A DNA stretch of 64,000 bases from an uncultured Anaerolineae bacterium (GTDB lineage: Bacteria; Chloroflexota; Anaerolineae; Fen-1058): contig CAYNML010000003.1 in NCBI GenBank assembly GCA_964398185.1, positions 16,303 to 80,302 on the forward strand. Reading direction: 5' to 3'. Below are positions 38,972-47,922 of the stretch, piece after piece. A program made the translations under genes and the position numbers. A model generated the notes under the pieces. The model was given only the letters and a program-made list of their open reading frames with translations, did not search any database and was not told the DNA's origin. Numbering within the stretch: the stretch's first letter is position 1; each line of letters opens with the position of its first letter.

Positions 38972-40396
38972 ATGTCTCGCTTTCCACGTTGGCTCATCCC
39001 GGCCGTGATACTCAGCGACATGGTGCTGATCAATGCCGCATTTCTGCTGGCCTATGAAGTCCGTTATCGCTGGCAGCTCTTCCGCCCGGTCGAGCCGGAG
39101 TTCGACAATCCCATCGATGTGTATTACCCGTTCATGCTGGTGCTGACGATCTTGTTGATCGCCGCGTACAAGATCGACAATGTCTATGTACCCCGGCGGC
39201 TGGGGATGTGGCTCGATCAGATGTCGCGCATCGTGCGCAGCACCATGATCGCCATGCTGATCATGATTGGCATCACCTTCATCTATCAGCCGTTCTTCTA
39301 TTCGCGGTTGATCTACCTGTACGCTACGATTTTGATCATCGCGCTGCTGGGGCTGGGACGGCTGCTGTGGGGCGTGGTGCTGGGCCAGCTGCGGGCGCGC
39401 GGCATTGGCGTATCGCGCGTGCTGATTGTGGGCGCAGGCGACGTGGGCCGCATGGTGATCCGCACCGTCATGGCGCAGCCGGAGTTCGGCTATCGCATCA
39501 TGGCGCTGGTGGATGATCATGTGGAGACGAGCGCGTTGTCGATCGGGCCGGTGCCAATGATCGAAGGGACACGGCGCCTGCCGCAGATCGTTGCGGAGAA
39601 GCACATCGACGAAGTGATCGTCACGCTGCCGTGGACGGACCACCAGCGCATCCTGGATATTTTTCAACTGTGCGAGAGTCTGGGCGTGCGGGCGCGCACC
39701 GTCCCCGATCTGTTCCAGCTGAGTTTGAACCGCGTGGATGTGGAGGACCTGGGCGGCGTGCCGGTGATTGGCTTGAAGCCGGCCTCGATTCGCGGCGCAA
39801 ACTTGATCGTGAAACGCATCATGGATGTGGTGCTGGGCAGCCTGATGCTGCTGATCGCTTCGCCGCTGATGATCATCTCGGCGCTGGCGATTAAGTTGGA
39901 TTCGCCAGGCCCGATCATCTTCCGGCAAAAGCGCGTGGGCGCGCGCGGCCAGGAGTTTGTGTTGTTTAAGTTCCGCTCCATGCGCGAAGGCGCGGACGAA
40001 GAGAAGGAACGGCTGCTGGATCTTAATGAAATGCAGGGGCCGTTGTTCAAGATGCGTTCGGATCCGCGCACCACGCGCGTGGGACGTTTCCTGCGCCGCT
40101 TGAGCCTGGATGAGCTGCCGCAGTTGTTCAACGTGCTGCGCGGCGAGATGAGTCTGGTGGGGCCGCGCCCGCACACCTCGGCGGAAGTGGCGCAGTATCA
40201 GAGCTGGCAGCGGCAGGTGCTGGAAGCGCCGCCCGGCTTGACGGGACTGGCGCAGGTGTCAGGTCGCAGCCAGTTGAGCTTCGACGAGCAGTGCCTGCTG
40301 GACATTTACTACATCGAGAATTGGTCGCCGGCACTGGACATCAAGATTCTGCTGCGCACGGTGCCGAAGGCGTTATCGGGTGAAGGGGCGTACTAA
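38972..40396 (+). CDS. polyprenyl-phosphate sugar phosphotransferase (WbaP/WcaJ-type), paralog of 9796..11208
   Basis: same conserved C-terminal catalytic motifs (FKFRSM, DELPQLFNVLRGEMSLVGPRP, GLTGLAQVSG); start at the ATG 38972 (MSRFPRW). Confidence 0.85.
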   Translation: MSRFPRWLIPAVILSDMVLINAAFLLAYEVRYRWQLFRPVEPEFDNPIDVYYPFMLVLTILLIAAYKIDNVYVPRRLGMWLDQMSRIVRSTMIAMLIMIGITFIYQPFFYSRLIYLYATILIIALLGLGRLLWGVVLGQLRARGIGVSRVLIVGAGDVGRMVIRTVMAQPEFGYRIMALVDDHVETSALSIGPVPMIEGTRRLPQIVAEKHIDEVIVTLPWTDHQRILDIFQLCESLGVRARTVPDLFQLSLNRVDVEDLGGVPVIGLKPASIRGANLIVKRIMDVVLGSLMLLIASPLMIISALAIKLDSPGPIIFRQKRVGARGQEFVLFKFRSMREGADEEKERLLDLNEMQGPLFKMRSDPRTTRVGRFLRRLSLDELPQLFNVLRGEMSLVGPRPHTSAEVAQYQSWQRQVLEAPPGLTGLAQVSGRSQLSFDEQCLLDIYYIENWSPALDIKILLRTVPKALSGEGAY

Positions 40397-40415
40397 GTTG
40401 AGCGGAGGCAAGCGA

Positions 40416-41108
40416 ATGGCGATTGAAACAGGTATGATCGAATTTCCCATCAACGCGCACACTGCGCCGGGGTATCTGGCGCAGCCGACGGACGGGCAAG
40501 CACATCCGGGCGTGGTGGTGATTCAGGAATGGTGGGGGCTGGTGCCGCACATCAAGGATGTCGCTGAGCGTTTCGCGCGCGCGGGCTTTGTGGCTTTGGC
40601 GCCCGATCTGTATCACGGCGAGGCGGCCGATGAACCCGATGAGGCGCGCAAGCTGGCGATGGCGCTGGATGCCCATCGCGCCGTGCAGGAGATCGCCGCG
40701 GCGGCGCGCTATCTGAAGAAGATGTCGCACGTCGCGCCGCAGAGGGTGGGGGTGGTGGGCTGGTGCATGGGCGGCGGGTTGTCGCTCTCGACGGCGGCAA
40801 ATCACGCTGATCTGATCGGCGCGGCGGTGGTGTTCTACGGGCGGCCGTTGACCGCCAGCGATACGGCTAGACTGCAAGTGCCGGTGCTGGGCTTGTATGC
40901 CGAGCACGATCACGGTATTCCGGTCGAAGCGGTGCAGGCCTTTGAAGCCGAGATGAAGAAGCAGCACGTGCCGCATGAAGTCCACATCTATCCTGGCGCG
41001 TCGCATGCCTTCTTCAATGACACGCGGCCGCAGATCTATCAGGCGGAGGCGGCGCAGGATGCCTGGCAGAAGACGCTGGCCTGGTTCAGAACGTACTTGA
41101 TCGATTAA
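40416..41108 (+). CDS. dienelactone hydrolase family protein
   Basis: alpha/beta hydrolase with the nucleophile elbow GWCMGG and the DLH-like order (VVIQEWWGL...); GGAGG SD. Confidence 0.75.
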   Translation: MAIETGMIEFPINAHTAPGYLAQPTDGQAHPGVVVIQEWWGLVPHIKDVAERFARAGFVALAPDLYHGEAADEPDEARKLAMALDAHRAVQEIAAAARYLKKMSHVAPQRVGVVGWCMGGGLSLSTAANHADLIGAAVVFYGRPLTASDTARLQVPVLGLYAEHDHGIPVEAVQAFEAEMKKQHVPHEVHIYPGASHAFFNDTRPQIYQAEAAQDAWQKTLAWFRTYLID

Positions 41109-41117
41109 GTGATCTCG

Positions 41118-41412
41118 ATGAGCGAACGAGCGGAGACATTGGCGGGGCTGCTCGCTAGTCTGCCAAACGATCAACGCGCGGCGGTCGGCACGCGCGATCG
41201 AGGACACGGCGCTGCGCGCGGCGGTGTTGATCGATCTGCTGGCGGCCGGTGACACGCGGGGCGAGTTGTTGACCGATGCGCTGGCGGTCGCCGAGGCGAT
41301 TGAGGATGCCGAGACACGGGCCGAGACATTGAGCCAGCTCATTGCCTATCGGGCGGTGGAAGACCGGAAGGCGGTGGCACGCGCCGTGCTGGACCTGCTG
41401 CTGCCCGAATAA
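41118..41412 (+). pseudogene. small Ala/Glu-rich repeat protein apparently split by a +1 frameshift near 41185-41200
   Basis: frame 0 (MSERAETLAGLLASLPNDQRAA...) and frame 1 (...RAIEDTALRAAVLIDLLAAG...ETLSQLIAYRAVEDRKA) carry the same repeat motif and join into one 98-aa ORF if one base is added. Confidence 0.3.
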
Positions 41413-41434
41413 GCGTTCAGTCTGCTGATCAAAA

Positions 41435-41474
41435 CAGCCGACCGTGCTCGCTAGCGAGCGCGGTCGGCTGGGTG
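41435..41474. terminator. bidirectional intrinsic terminator (CAGCCGACCG-palindromic loop-CGGTCGGCTG) flanked by AAAA/TTTT
   Basis: 10-bp perfect stem, loop itself palindromic (GCTCGCTAGCGAGC); serves the convergent small ORF and the response regulator. Confidence 0.7.
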
Positions 41475-41491
41475 TTGTGTGGTGGCGTGAA

Positions 41492-42184
41492 CTACATCTG
41501 GCCGGTTTCCAGGCGATAGCCGTAGTTGCGCACGGTGCGAATCAACTGCGGATGCGCCGGATCGACTTCCAACTTGCGGCGCAGGAACCAGATGTAGCGG
41601 CGCACGTAGCCGCTGTCGATGCCGCGCAGCGCGCCCCACACCGTTTCGCGCAAGCGCGCTTCGGAGACGGCTGTGTTGGCGTTTTCCACCAGGCATTGCA
41701 GCAGGCGAAATTCAGTGGGGGTCAGATCGATCTGCCGTTCGCCGCGGGTGACCTGCCGCCGATCGAGATCGATGACCAGTTCGCCAAAGGCGTAATGGCG
41801 CTGCGCATTGGACTGGCGGGCCTTCTCCGCCCGATTGAGCACGGCCTCAATCCGGGCATTCAATTCCATCAGGCTGAAGGGCTTGGTCACGTAGTCGTCA
41901 ATGCCCAGGTTGAAACCGCGCAGCTTATCCACTTCGCTGTCTTTGGCCGTGACCATGATCAACGGCACATCGGAGAGTTCGCGCACACGCGCCGCCATTT
42001 CCCAACCGTCCATGCCCGGCATCATGATGTCCAGCAGGATCAGATTGGGGCGTTCGTTGAAGAGCGCGCGCAAGCCTTCAATGGCCGAGGCCGCTGTGAG
42101 CGGCATGTAGCCCGCTTCGCGCAGCGCGGTGGCGAGCAGTCGCACGATGTCGGGATCGTCATCAACGATCAGGATCTTCTTCAT
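41492..42184 (-). CDS. OmpR-family response regulator (receiver + winged-helix), no cognate kinase adjacent
   Basis: receiver motifs (ILIVDDDPD, LILLDIMMPGMDG, receiver Lys in TAKD) and the C-terminal OmpR/PhoB wHTH. Confidence 0.9.
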   Translation of the reverse strand: MKKILIVDDDPDIVRLLATALREAGYMPLTAASAIEGLRALFNERPNLILLDIMMPGMDGWEMAARVRELSDVPLIMVTAKDSEVDKLRGFNLGIDDYVTKPFSLMELNARIEAVLNRAEKARQSNAQRHYAFGELVIDLDRRQVTRGERQIDLTPTEFRLLQCLVENANTAVSEARLRETVWGALRGIDSGYVRRYIWFLRRKLEVDPAHPQLIRTVRNYGYRLETGQM

Positions 42185-42262
42185 AGCCGGCGGCTCCCGT
42201 CTGGCAAGCCAGGTGCACCATGTGCGCTACAGACTGAAACAAGATTTTGACTGACCTTCAGT

Positions 42263-42289
42263 AAAAAAAGGCCGCACGCAAGCGCGGCC
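42263..42289 (-). terminator. intrinsic terminator after the beta-helix gene (GGCCGCGC-TTGC-GTGCGGCC + TTTTTTT on minus strand)
   Basis: 8-bp stem with one mismatch, followed by a 7-nt U-run. Confidence 0.75.
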
Positions 42290-42402
42290 ATGAGTTGTTG
42301 GGACGTGGCTGAGGGTCAGGCGCAATTATAGCCAGTCCCGCGTTTACCTGCAACCAGCTGATCAGTCCCAGCCGATGTCAGCGCATCCGCTGGGACATGC
42401 CA

Positions 42403-44565
42403 TCAACGGCGGCGGATCACCGGCATGAAAATCTTGAAGTCCGAAATCTCCGGCACAACCAGCACCCAGCGGTTGAGCGAGCCGCTGGCGGCGCCGGCGT
42501 TGCAGACTTCCAGTCGCCAGGTACCATTGATGCTGACGCCGACAAAGCGCTGCAACGGGGTGGTGGGCTTGTACGTGTTTTCGTAGAATGGCGAAGCAGT
42601 ACTCTGATTGCCCGCCGGCACGATTTGCGCGGCGCTGTCGTCGAATAACGTGTCCAGGTCCTGGCCGCTGTTGGCGGCTGGCCCAAGCAAATAGGCCGAG
42701 CGGTAGTTGGGCGCCAGCAAACGGACGGTCAGGCTGCCCCGATCGCCATAGGTGAGATTGACGCCGGTCAGCAGGCGGCCGACGGCGAACTGATCGCCGA
42801 TGGGAAGCAAGCTGGTGATGCACTGGCCTGCGCCGATATCGATGGGACTGGGGTTGGAATAGCCGGCGATTTCATAGGCGCCGCGATCACAGATGTCAAA
42901 CTGCGGCCGGGCGATGCTGCGCTGATCGATGGTCAGCGGGCAGGGGACAACGGCGGTGTCCTGCGCCGGGCTGCCGAAGCCGATCGCGCGGGTGAGCGAG
43001 TTGCCGCCGTTATCGCGCAGCGGACCTAACTGCGGATCCGTGTTGATCAGATCGTTGGCTTGCGCGAAGCCGCAGGTGTTACCGCTGTCGACGTTATGGT
43101 TCGCTGAGGTGATGCTGCCGCTGCAGGCAGCGCCGGTGCTTTGCACCAGCAGGGAATTACTTACCGTCACGTTCCCGCCCGCGCGATTAAGCGCCGGGGC
43201 GCTGTTGTAACTGATGGTGCTGAATTGGATGGTGAGCGTGCCGCTCATGTTGTGCACGGCGCCGCCCGCCGCCGCGGTATTGTTGCTGATGGTCGCATTG
43301 GTCAGCTGCGCCGTGTTGGCATTGTACAAGCCGCCGCCCTGAAGGGAGGTGGCCGCGTTGTAGAGCAGCGAACTGCGCGTAACGGTGAGCACGCCCAGGT
43401 TGCCGATGCCGCCGCCTCGTGCGGCGGCGGTGGTGTTGCTGAGCACGCTGCTATTTTCCAGGTACAGGCGGCCAGCGTCAGAGTTATACAACCCGCCGCC
43501 GGTGTCGTCCGCCAGGTTGTTGCGCACCGTCAGATCGGTCAAGGTGGCAGTGCCATTGTTGAAGAGGGCGCCGCCGGTATTGATGGAGTGGTTGGCCTGA
43601 AAGGTGACATCGTTTAGGGTCACGTGTGCGGAGGCTTTGTTATAGATGCCGCCGCCGCTAACGAGGGCCAGGTTGCCAGAGATCAGCGAGCCGCTGCTAA
43701 TGAGGATGCCCTCGTTGTAGATGCCGCCGCCGTCGGTTCCGATTGCGCGGTTGCCGCTGACGACGCTGTTCACAAGCGTGGTGCGTCCGTTCACGCTGCG
43801 GTTATAAATGCCGCCGCCGTATTCACCGATCGTTTTGTTGTCGGCAACGAGGCTGTTGGTCAGTGTGAGGACATTGATGGTGCTGATGCCGCCGCCGCGT
43901 TGTGCTTCGTTATTGCTCACGGTGACGTTGATCAGATCAGCGAAGCCGGTATTCCACATGGCGCCGCCTTCGCTGGTGCCCGTCGTGCTGGCGTTATTGC
44001 TGCGCAGCATGACGTTGGTCAGTTTCAGGACGCCCTGGTTGAAGATGCCGCCACCAAACGACGCCGTGTTGCTAAGAATGTTGCTGTTGGTCAGCGTCAG
44101 GTAAATGTTGTCCTCGGTGGCGATGCCGCCGCCCGGCTGATCGGACTGGCCGCGCTGGATCGTGACGTTGGCGATGTCGACCGTCATGGACGGCAGGCTT
44201 TCTCGTTGAATCGACAAGACCTGATAGAGGTCGTTGCCGTCCAGGAAAGTGGTGCTGACCGATTCACCGTTGAGCGTGAGGTTGCGATCGATAATGGTCA
44301 GTTGTTCGATATAGGTGCCAGCGGCGATATTGATGATGTCGCCGGACGCGGCGCGATCAATGGCGATCTGAATGTGCTGGCAAGGCTGCTGGGGCGTGGT
44401 ACAGGGGTTAGAGTCGTTGCCGGTGACGGCGACGTACCAGTTTACGGCCGCGGGCGCTGAAGCGCTGGCGCGCGGCAGCGCCGCCCAGGTCACTAACAAC
44501 AATCCGGCAACAACCAGCCGGAGTACGGGGGTGGCGCTTGGCCGGAGAATGGATGGTGTATTCAT
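42403..44565 (-). CDS. secreted right-handed parallel beta-helix repeat protein with a C-terminal proprotein-convertase P-domain-like module
   Basis: signal peptide; many GGGIYN/GGAI-type beta-helix rungs; C-terminal GSLTVRLLAPNY...GTWRLEVCNAG...RWVLVV resembles a P-domain. Start at the ATG 44565 (GAGG SD) rather than the TTG at 44577. Confidence 0.65.
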   Translation of the reverse strand: MNTPSILRPSATPVLRLVVAGLLLVTWAALPRASASAPAAVNWYVAVTGNDSNPCTTPQQPCQHIQIAIDRAASGDIINIAAGTYIEQLTIIDRNLTLNGESVSTTFLDGNDLYQVLSIQRESLPSMTVDIANVTIQRGQSDQPGGGIATEDNIYLTLTNSNILSNTASFGGGIFNQGVLKLTNVMLRSNNASTTGTSEGGAMWNTGFADLINVTVSNNEAQRGGGISTINVLTLTNSLVADNKTIGEYGGGIYNRSVNGRTTLVNSVVSGNRAIGTDGGGIYNEGILISSGSLISGNLALVSGGGIYNKASAHVTLNDVTFQANHSINTGGALFNNGTATLTDLTVRNNLADDTGGGLYNSDAGRLYLENSSVLSNTTAAARGGGIGNLGVLTVTRSSLLYNAATSLQGGGLYNANTAQLTNATISNNTAAAGGAVHNMSGTLTIQFSTISYNSAPALNRAGGNVTVSNSLLVQSTGAACSGSITSANHNVDSGNTCGFAQANDLINTDPQLGPLRDNGGNSLTRAIGFGSPAQDTAVVPCPLTIDQRSIARPQFDICDRGAYEIAGYSNPSPIDIGAGQCITSLLPIGDQFAVGRLLTGVNLTYGDRGSLTVRLLAPNYRSAYLLGPAANSGQDLDTLFDDSAAQIVPAGNQSTASPFYENTYKPTTPLQRFVGVSINGTWRLEVCNAGAASGSLNRWVLVVPEISDFKIFMPVIRRR

Positions 44566-44633
44566 ACTTGGCCTCAACGGACAGGATGTGAGAGTGACTG
44601 TGTGCCGGCAACCCGTGAGAGCCGGCTTTGCGC

Positions 44634-45704
44634 TCAGCGTCGAATCAGCGGCAGGAAAATGTGCTCGCCCAATCTAAGCAGCGTAGCCGCCAATATAACG
44701 TTGTTGTTTTCGGCAGACTCGACGTTCAAGCCCTGGCTGCCGCCCAGAGCATCAACCAGCAAGTAGATGTCGTGCCGGCCGTTGACGGGGTTGAGATCGT
44801 GCTCGGCGGTGAAGATGACGGTTTGGCCCGGCAGTACCGGGGACAGCGGATTCGTGGTAGAGATGCCACACGACGATTCGGGAATCATGCTGCACCAGCT
44901 ATCCGTCAAGTCCAACGGCCCGGCAGGCGGCAAGAAGGGCGCAATACGATCATAGAGATTGATGTAAGGCGGCGCCCAAGCCGTCATAGGCCCGTTGTTA
45001 CGGATTGTGGCTGTGACGTAGATGTGATCGTTCTGGCTGCGCACGGTTGCGGTGAAGATCTCCAAGTCGGGTCTGGTCAAAACGGGTGGCACCAGCCTTG
45101 GATCCCACAGCCAGGTTGACGCGTTAAAGCGATAACGTTGGTCCGAATCCACTTCAGGGACCACATCCCAGGAAATGGCGCCGGGTGTGGTGGCCGTGGG
45201 CGCGAAGCCGCTGGTGCCTACATACGTATAGGGGTCAGCAAAAGTGAGCGTTCCCAGGTAACGGTATGGCTGATTGTTGCTGGCGGCTTGCGTGATCAAG
45301 ATTTGACTGCCGAAACGCAGGGCGCGCTGGCCGGTTTTGTATTCGTAGTAGAGATTGGCCTGTGGACCGGTGATGATCAGCGTCGGGCCGGGATCGATGC
45401 GGTAGTAGGTGATGGGCAGCGCCACGCTGATCTCATAAGCATCGGACGGCAGTGGAATGTCAAACGTGTAGGAGATGACTTGATCAAGGGTTCGAAACTG
45501 CCAGCGTGAAATCAGCCCCGGCGTCAACGCGACGGTTGAGGTATACACCGTAATTGTGACGATGCGCGTATAGGTGTAGTCAGGCCGGGCTGGCGCTTGT
45601 CTGCTGTGGTTGGATCGGGGTGAAGAGTAAACGGCGCCGGCCAGGAGCAGTAGCGCCACGCCGGCTACGAGAAACACCGTGGTCAGATGGAGCATTCGTC
45701 TCAT
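44634..45704 (-). CDS. hypothetical secreted protein (CARDB-like beta-sandwich region)
   Basis: N-terminal signal anchor; IYVTATIRNNGPMTAW resembles CARDB; otherwise unassigned. Confidence 0.45.
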   Translation of the reverse strand: MRRMLHLTTVFLVAGVALLLLAGAVYSSPRSNHSRQAPARPDYTYTRIVTITVYTSTVALTPGLISRWQFRTLDQVISYTFDIPLPSDAYEISVALPITYYRIDPGPTLIITGPQANLYYEYKTGQRALRFGSQILITQAASNNQPYRYLGTLTFADPYTYVGTSGFAPTATTPGAISWDVVPEVDSDQRYRFNASTWLWDPRLVPPVLTRPDLEIFTATVRSQNDHIYVTATIRNNGPMTAWAPPYINLYDRIAPFLPPAGPLDLTDSWCSMIPESSCGISTTNPLSPVLPGQTVIFTAEHDLNPVNGRHDIYLLVDALGGSQGLNVESAENNNVILAATLLRLGEHIFLPLIRR

Positions 45705-45829
45705 AGTTCACCTGGGGTACAGGCAAGGACAATCGCGTTTCAAGGCACAGAATAACACTGGCGGGCGAACGCGCCTGTCACATGCACAAGCTCGCTGCCC
45801 GCCAGTGTACTACTGAATGGCCGATTTGA

Positions 45830-47887
45830 TCAACAGTCGTTTCCGCACGAGGTCGCGGTCGGTGACGGTGACGGCGTCCGGGTGGGCGTCCGCGACGGTG
45901 TCGGCGAAAGCGTCCGGGTGGGCGTCCGGGTGGGCGTCCGCGTCCAGGTCGGTGACGGCGTCAGCGTGTTGGTCGGCGTCCATGTGCGCGTCGGCGTTTG
46001 TGTGCGCGTCGGCGTCAGCGTGTTGGTCGGCGTGCGCGACGGGGTCAACGTGATCGTCGGTGTGTTGGTGCGCGACGGGGTCAACGTGATCGTCGGCGTC
46101 CGGGTGCGCGTCGGTGTCACGGTGCGCGTCGGCGTCTGCGTAATCGTCGGCGTGCGCGTCACCGTGGGCGTGCGCGACGGCGTCGGCGTAATCGTTGGCG
46201 TCGCCGTCCGCGTGGACGTGGGCGTGAAGGTCGGCGTCGGCGGCAAGAACCGGATCGTCCGCTGAATGCGCGTGTACTGCCGGTGCGGATCGTTGTCGCG
46301 CGCGCGCATGGTGATGGTGTATGTGGTATTGGCCGTGATGGGCGACCCGTTGGGCCAGGCATAGGCGCTGATGGCGTTGCACGTGGTGCCGTTGTCGCCG
46401 CCGAGACACCAAGGCGCAGAATTTTCTGTTTGAGAATAGATGGGCGCGCCGCCGCTGGGGTCATAGACGGCAAAGTAGACCTGGGTGATATTGCTTTCCG
46501 CTGCGGCGGGCGCGGGCGGGCCGTCGCGCGCAATCGCTTCCACTGTGAAGGTGGTGCTGGTCACTTGCGAAAGCATATTGGGTGTAACGATAGGGCCGTA
46601 GCGCCCACGCAAATCGAGTTGGCAGGTCAGATTGCCCACGGTGTAATCCAGGTGAATGATCCAGTCCCGGCCATGACGATAGATCTGATCGGCCGAACCG
46701 CGCAGGCTGGCGGTGAAGTCGAGCATAAAGTAGCCGTTGGTGCCGGTATCGATCACAAAGTTGCCCAAATTGTCGGTGAACGAGCTGCCCAGGTTGAGCG
46801 CGCGATTGGCAGGATCGAGAAAAGTCGCTCCGCTCCACTGGTAGTTGTCAAAAGTCACACTCGGGTTGGCAACGACTTCATCATGCCAGATGCTGGTTGG
46901 ATCGGCCGAACCAGGCCAGCTCACCGTGGCGGACGTCAGGCCAATCGTGTAGTTGGAACTGGTATTGATCAGGTAGGCAGACACCTTGTCGTTGGCGCTG
47001 CTCGTCATGAATAGATTTTCGTTCGCGTCATAGCCCAACATTTCGCAGCTCGGCGTGGGCGTGTTGGTGGGCGTGATCGTGCGCGTCGGTGTGCGCGTCG
47101 GTGTGCGTGTGGGCGTGTTGGTCGGCGTATTGGTCGGCGTATGTGTATAGGTCGGCGTCGGCGTATCGGTCGGCGTGCTGGTCGGCGTGTCGGTGGGCGT
47201 GTGCGTGAAGGTCGCCGTCGGTCCCATGATGGTGGGCGGCAGACCCTGAATACGGACTGTGCGGTACTTCTCCACGATCATCTCGCGCCGTGCGATCAGC
47301 GGCACCCAGTCGGCGATGGCGCGCAGCGGGGTGATGAGCGGGTGATCAAACAAGACCGTAATCGTCACACGATCGCCTGGTCCGCCCGCATCTTCTTGTT
47401 TGGTTTCCGTGTTGAACAAGACGCAGCGCGGATGTGGCGTGGTGGACGTACCGCCATAGGGATTTTCCCGGTAGGAGAATTTGGGATCGCCGTTTTCGTC
47501 CAGCCGGCTGCTGCAGATCACAGTATCGATGAAGCTGCGGGCATCACGGGGTGCTGTGTAGTCCACCAGAATGCCGTTGGCCGCGCCTTTCGCAATGTCC
47601 TCGATCGTCAGCAGACGAGCGTAGTCTTCAGCTGGCTCGCGCACTGTCGGATCGCTGCTGTTGCAGGCGGCCGTGCAGTAGGCTTCGCTGAACTCGCCCG
47701 TGACGGCATAGCGCACGGCTTCGCGCGCCGAGTTTTCGACGATGAGCCAGGCGGAGAACAGGCGCGCGACTTCGATCAGGAGCATCAGGAGCAACAACAG
47801 CACCGGCAGGATCAGCGCGAACTCAACCAGCGCCTGACCCCGGCTGCGCCGCCGCGATGCGAATCGAGAATGCGAATGTGTCTTCAT
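45830..47887 (-). CDS. TadE-like (class III signal peptide/pseudopilin-type) protein with two Thr-Pro repeat regions and a central beta-rich domain
   Basis: N-terminus RGQALVEFALILPVLLLLLMLLIEVARLFSAW matches the TadE-like consensus; about 57-aa and about 140-aa (T/S/R)PT repeat tracts. Confidence 0.6.
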   Translation of the reverse strand: MKTHSHSRFASRRRSRGQALVEFALILPVLLLLLMLLIEVARLFSAWLIVENSAREAVRYAVTGEFSEAYCTAACNSSDPTVREPAEDYARLLTIEDIAKGAANGILVDYTAPRDARSFIDTVICSSRLDENGDPKFSYRENPYGGTSTTPHPRCVLFNTETKQEDAGGPGDRVTITVLFDHPLITPLRAIADWVPLIARREMIVEKYRTVRIQGLPPTIMGPTATFTHTPTDTPTSTPTDTPTPTYTHTPTNTPTNTPTRTPTRTPTRTITPTNTPTPSCEMLGYDANENLFMTSSANDKVSAYLINTSSNYTIGLTSATVSWPGSADPTSIWHDEVVANPSVTFDNYQWSGATFLDPANRALNLGSSFTDNLGNFVIDTGTNGYFMLDFTASLRGSADQIYRHGRDWIIHLDYTVGNLTCQLDLRGRYGPIVTPNMLSQVTSTTFTVEAIARDGPPAPAAAESNITQVYFAVYDPSGGAPIYSQTENSAPWCLGGDNGTTCNAISAYAWPNGSPITANTTYTITMRARDNDPHRQYTRIQRTIRFLPPTPTFTPTSTRTATPTITPTPSRTPTVTRTPTITQTPTRTVTPTRTRTPTITLTPSRTNTPTITLTPSRTPTNTLTPTRTQTPTRTWTPTNTLTPSPTWTRTPTRTPTRTLSPTPSRTPTRTPSPSPTATSCGNDC
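45833..46255. repeat. about 420 nt of imperfect tandem repeats (period about 18-36 nt) encoding the C-terminal TPTxTxTPT tract
   Basis: direct inspection (GGCGTCCGGGTGGGCGTC..., GGCGTCAGCGTGTTGGTC...). Confidence 0.75.
47048..47221. repeat. tandem repeats encoding the central TPTDTPTSTPT...TPTRTPTRTPT tract
   Basis: direct inspection. Confidence 0.7.
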
Positions 47888-47922
47888 AAGTCTTCCACCC
47901 ATCCAGCAGTGTATCAAGGCCG

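Noticed and set aside
38963-40174. 403-aa minus-strand ORF antisense to the second polyprenyl-phosphate sugar transferase
   Set aside because: The plus-strand product has conserved WbaP catalytic motifs; the antisense frame is His/Arg/Gln-rich nonsense.
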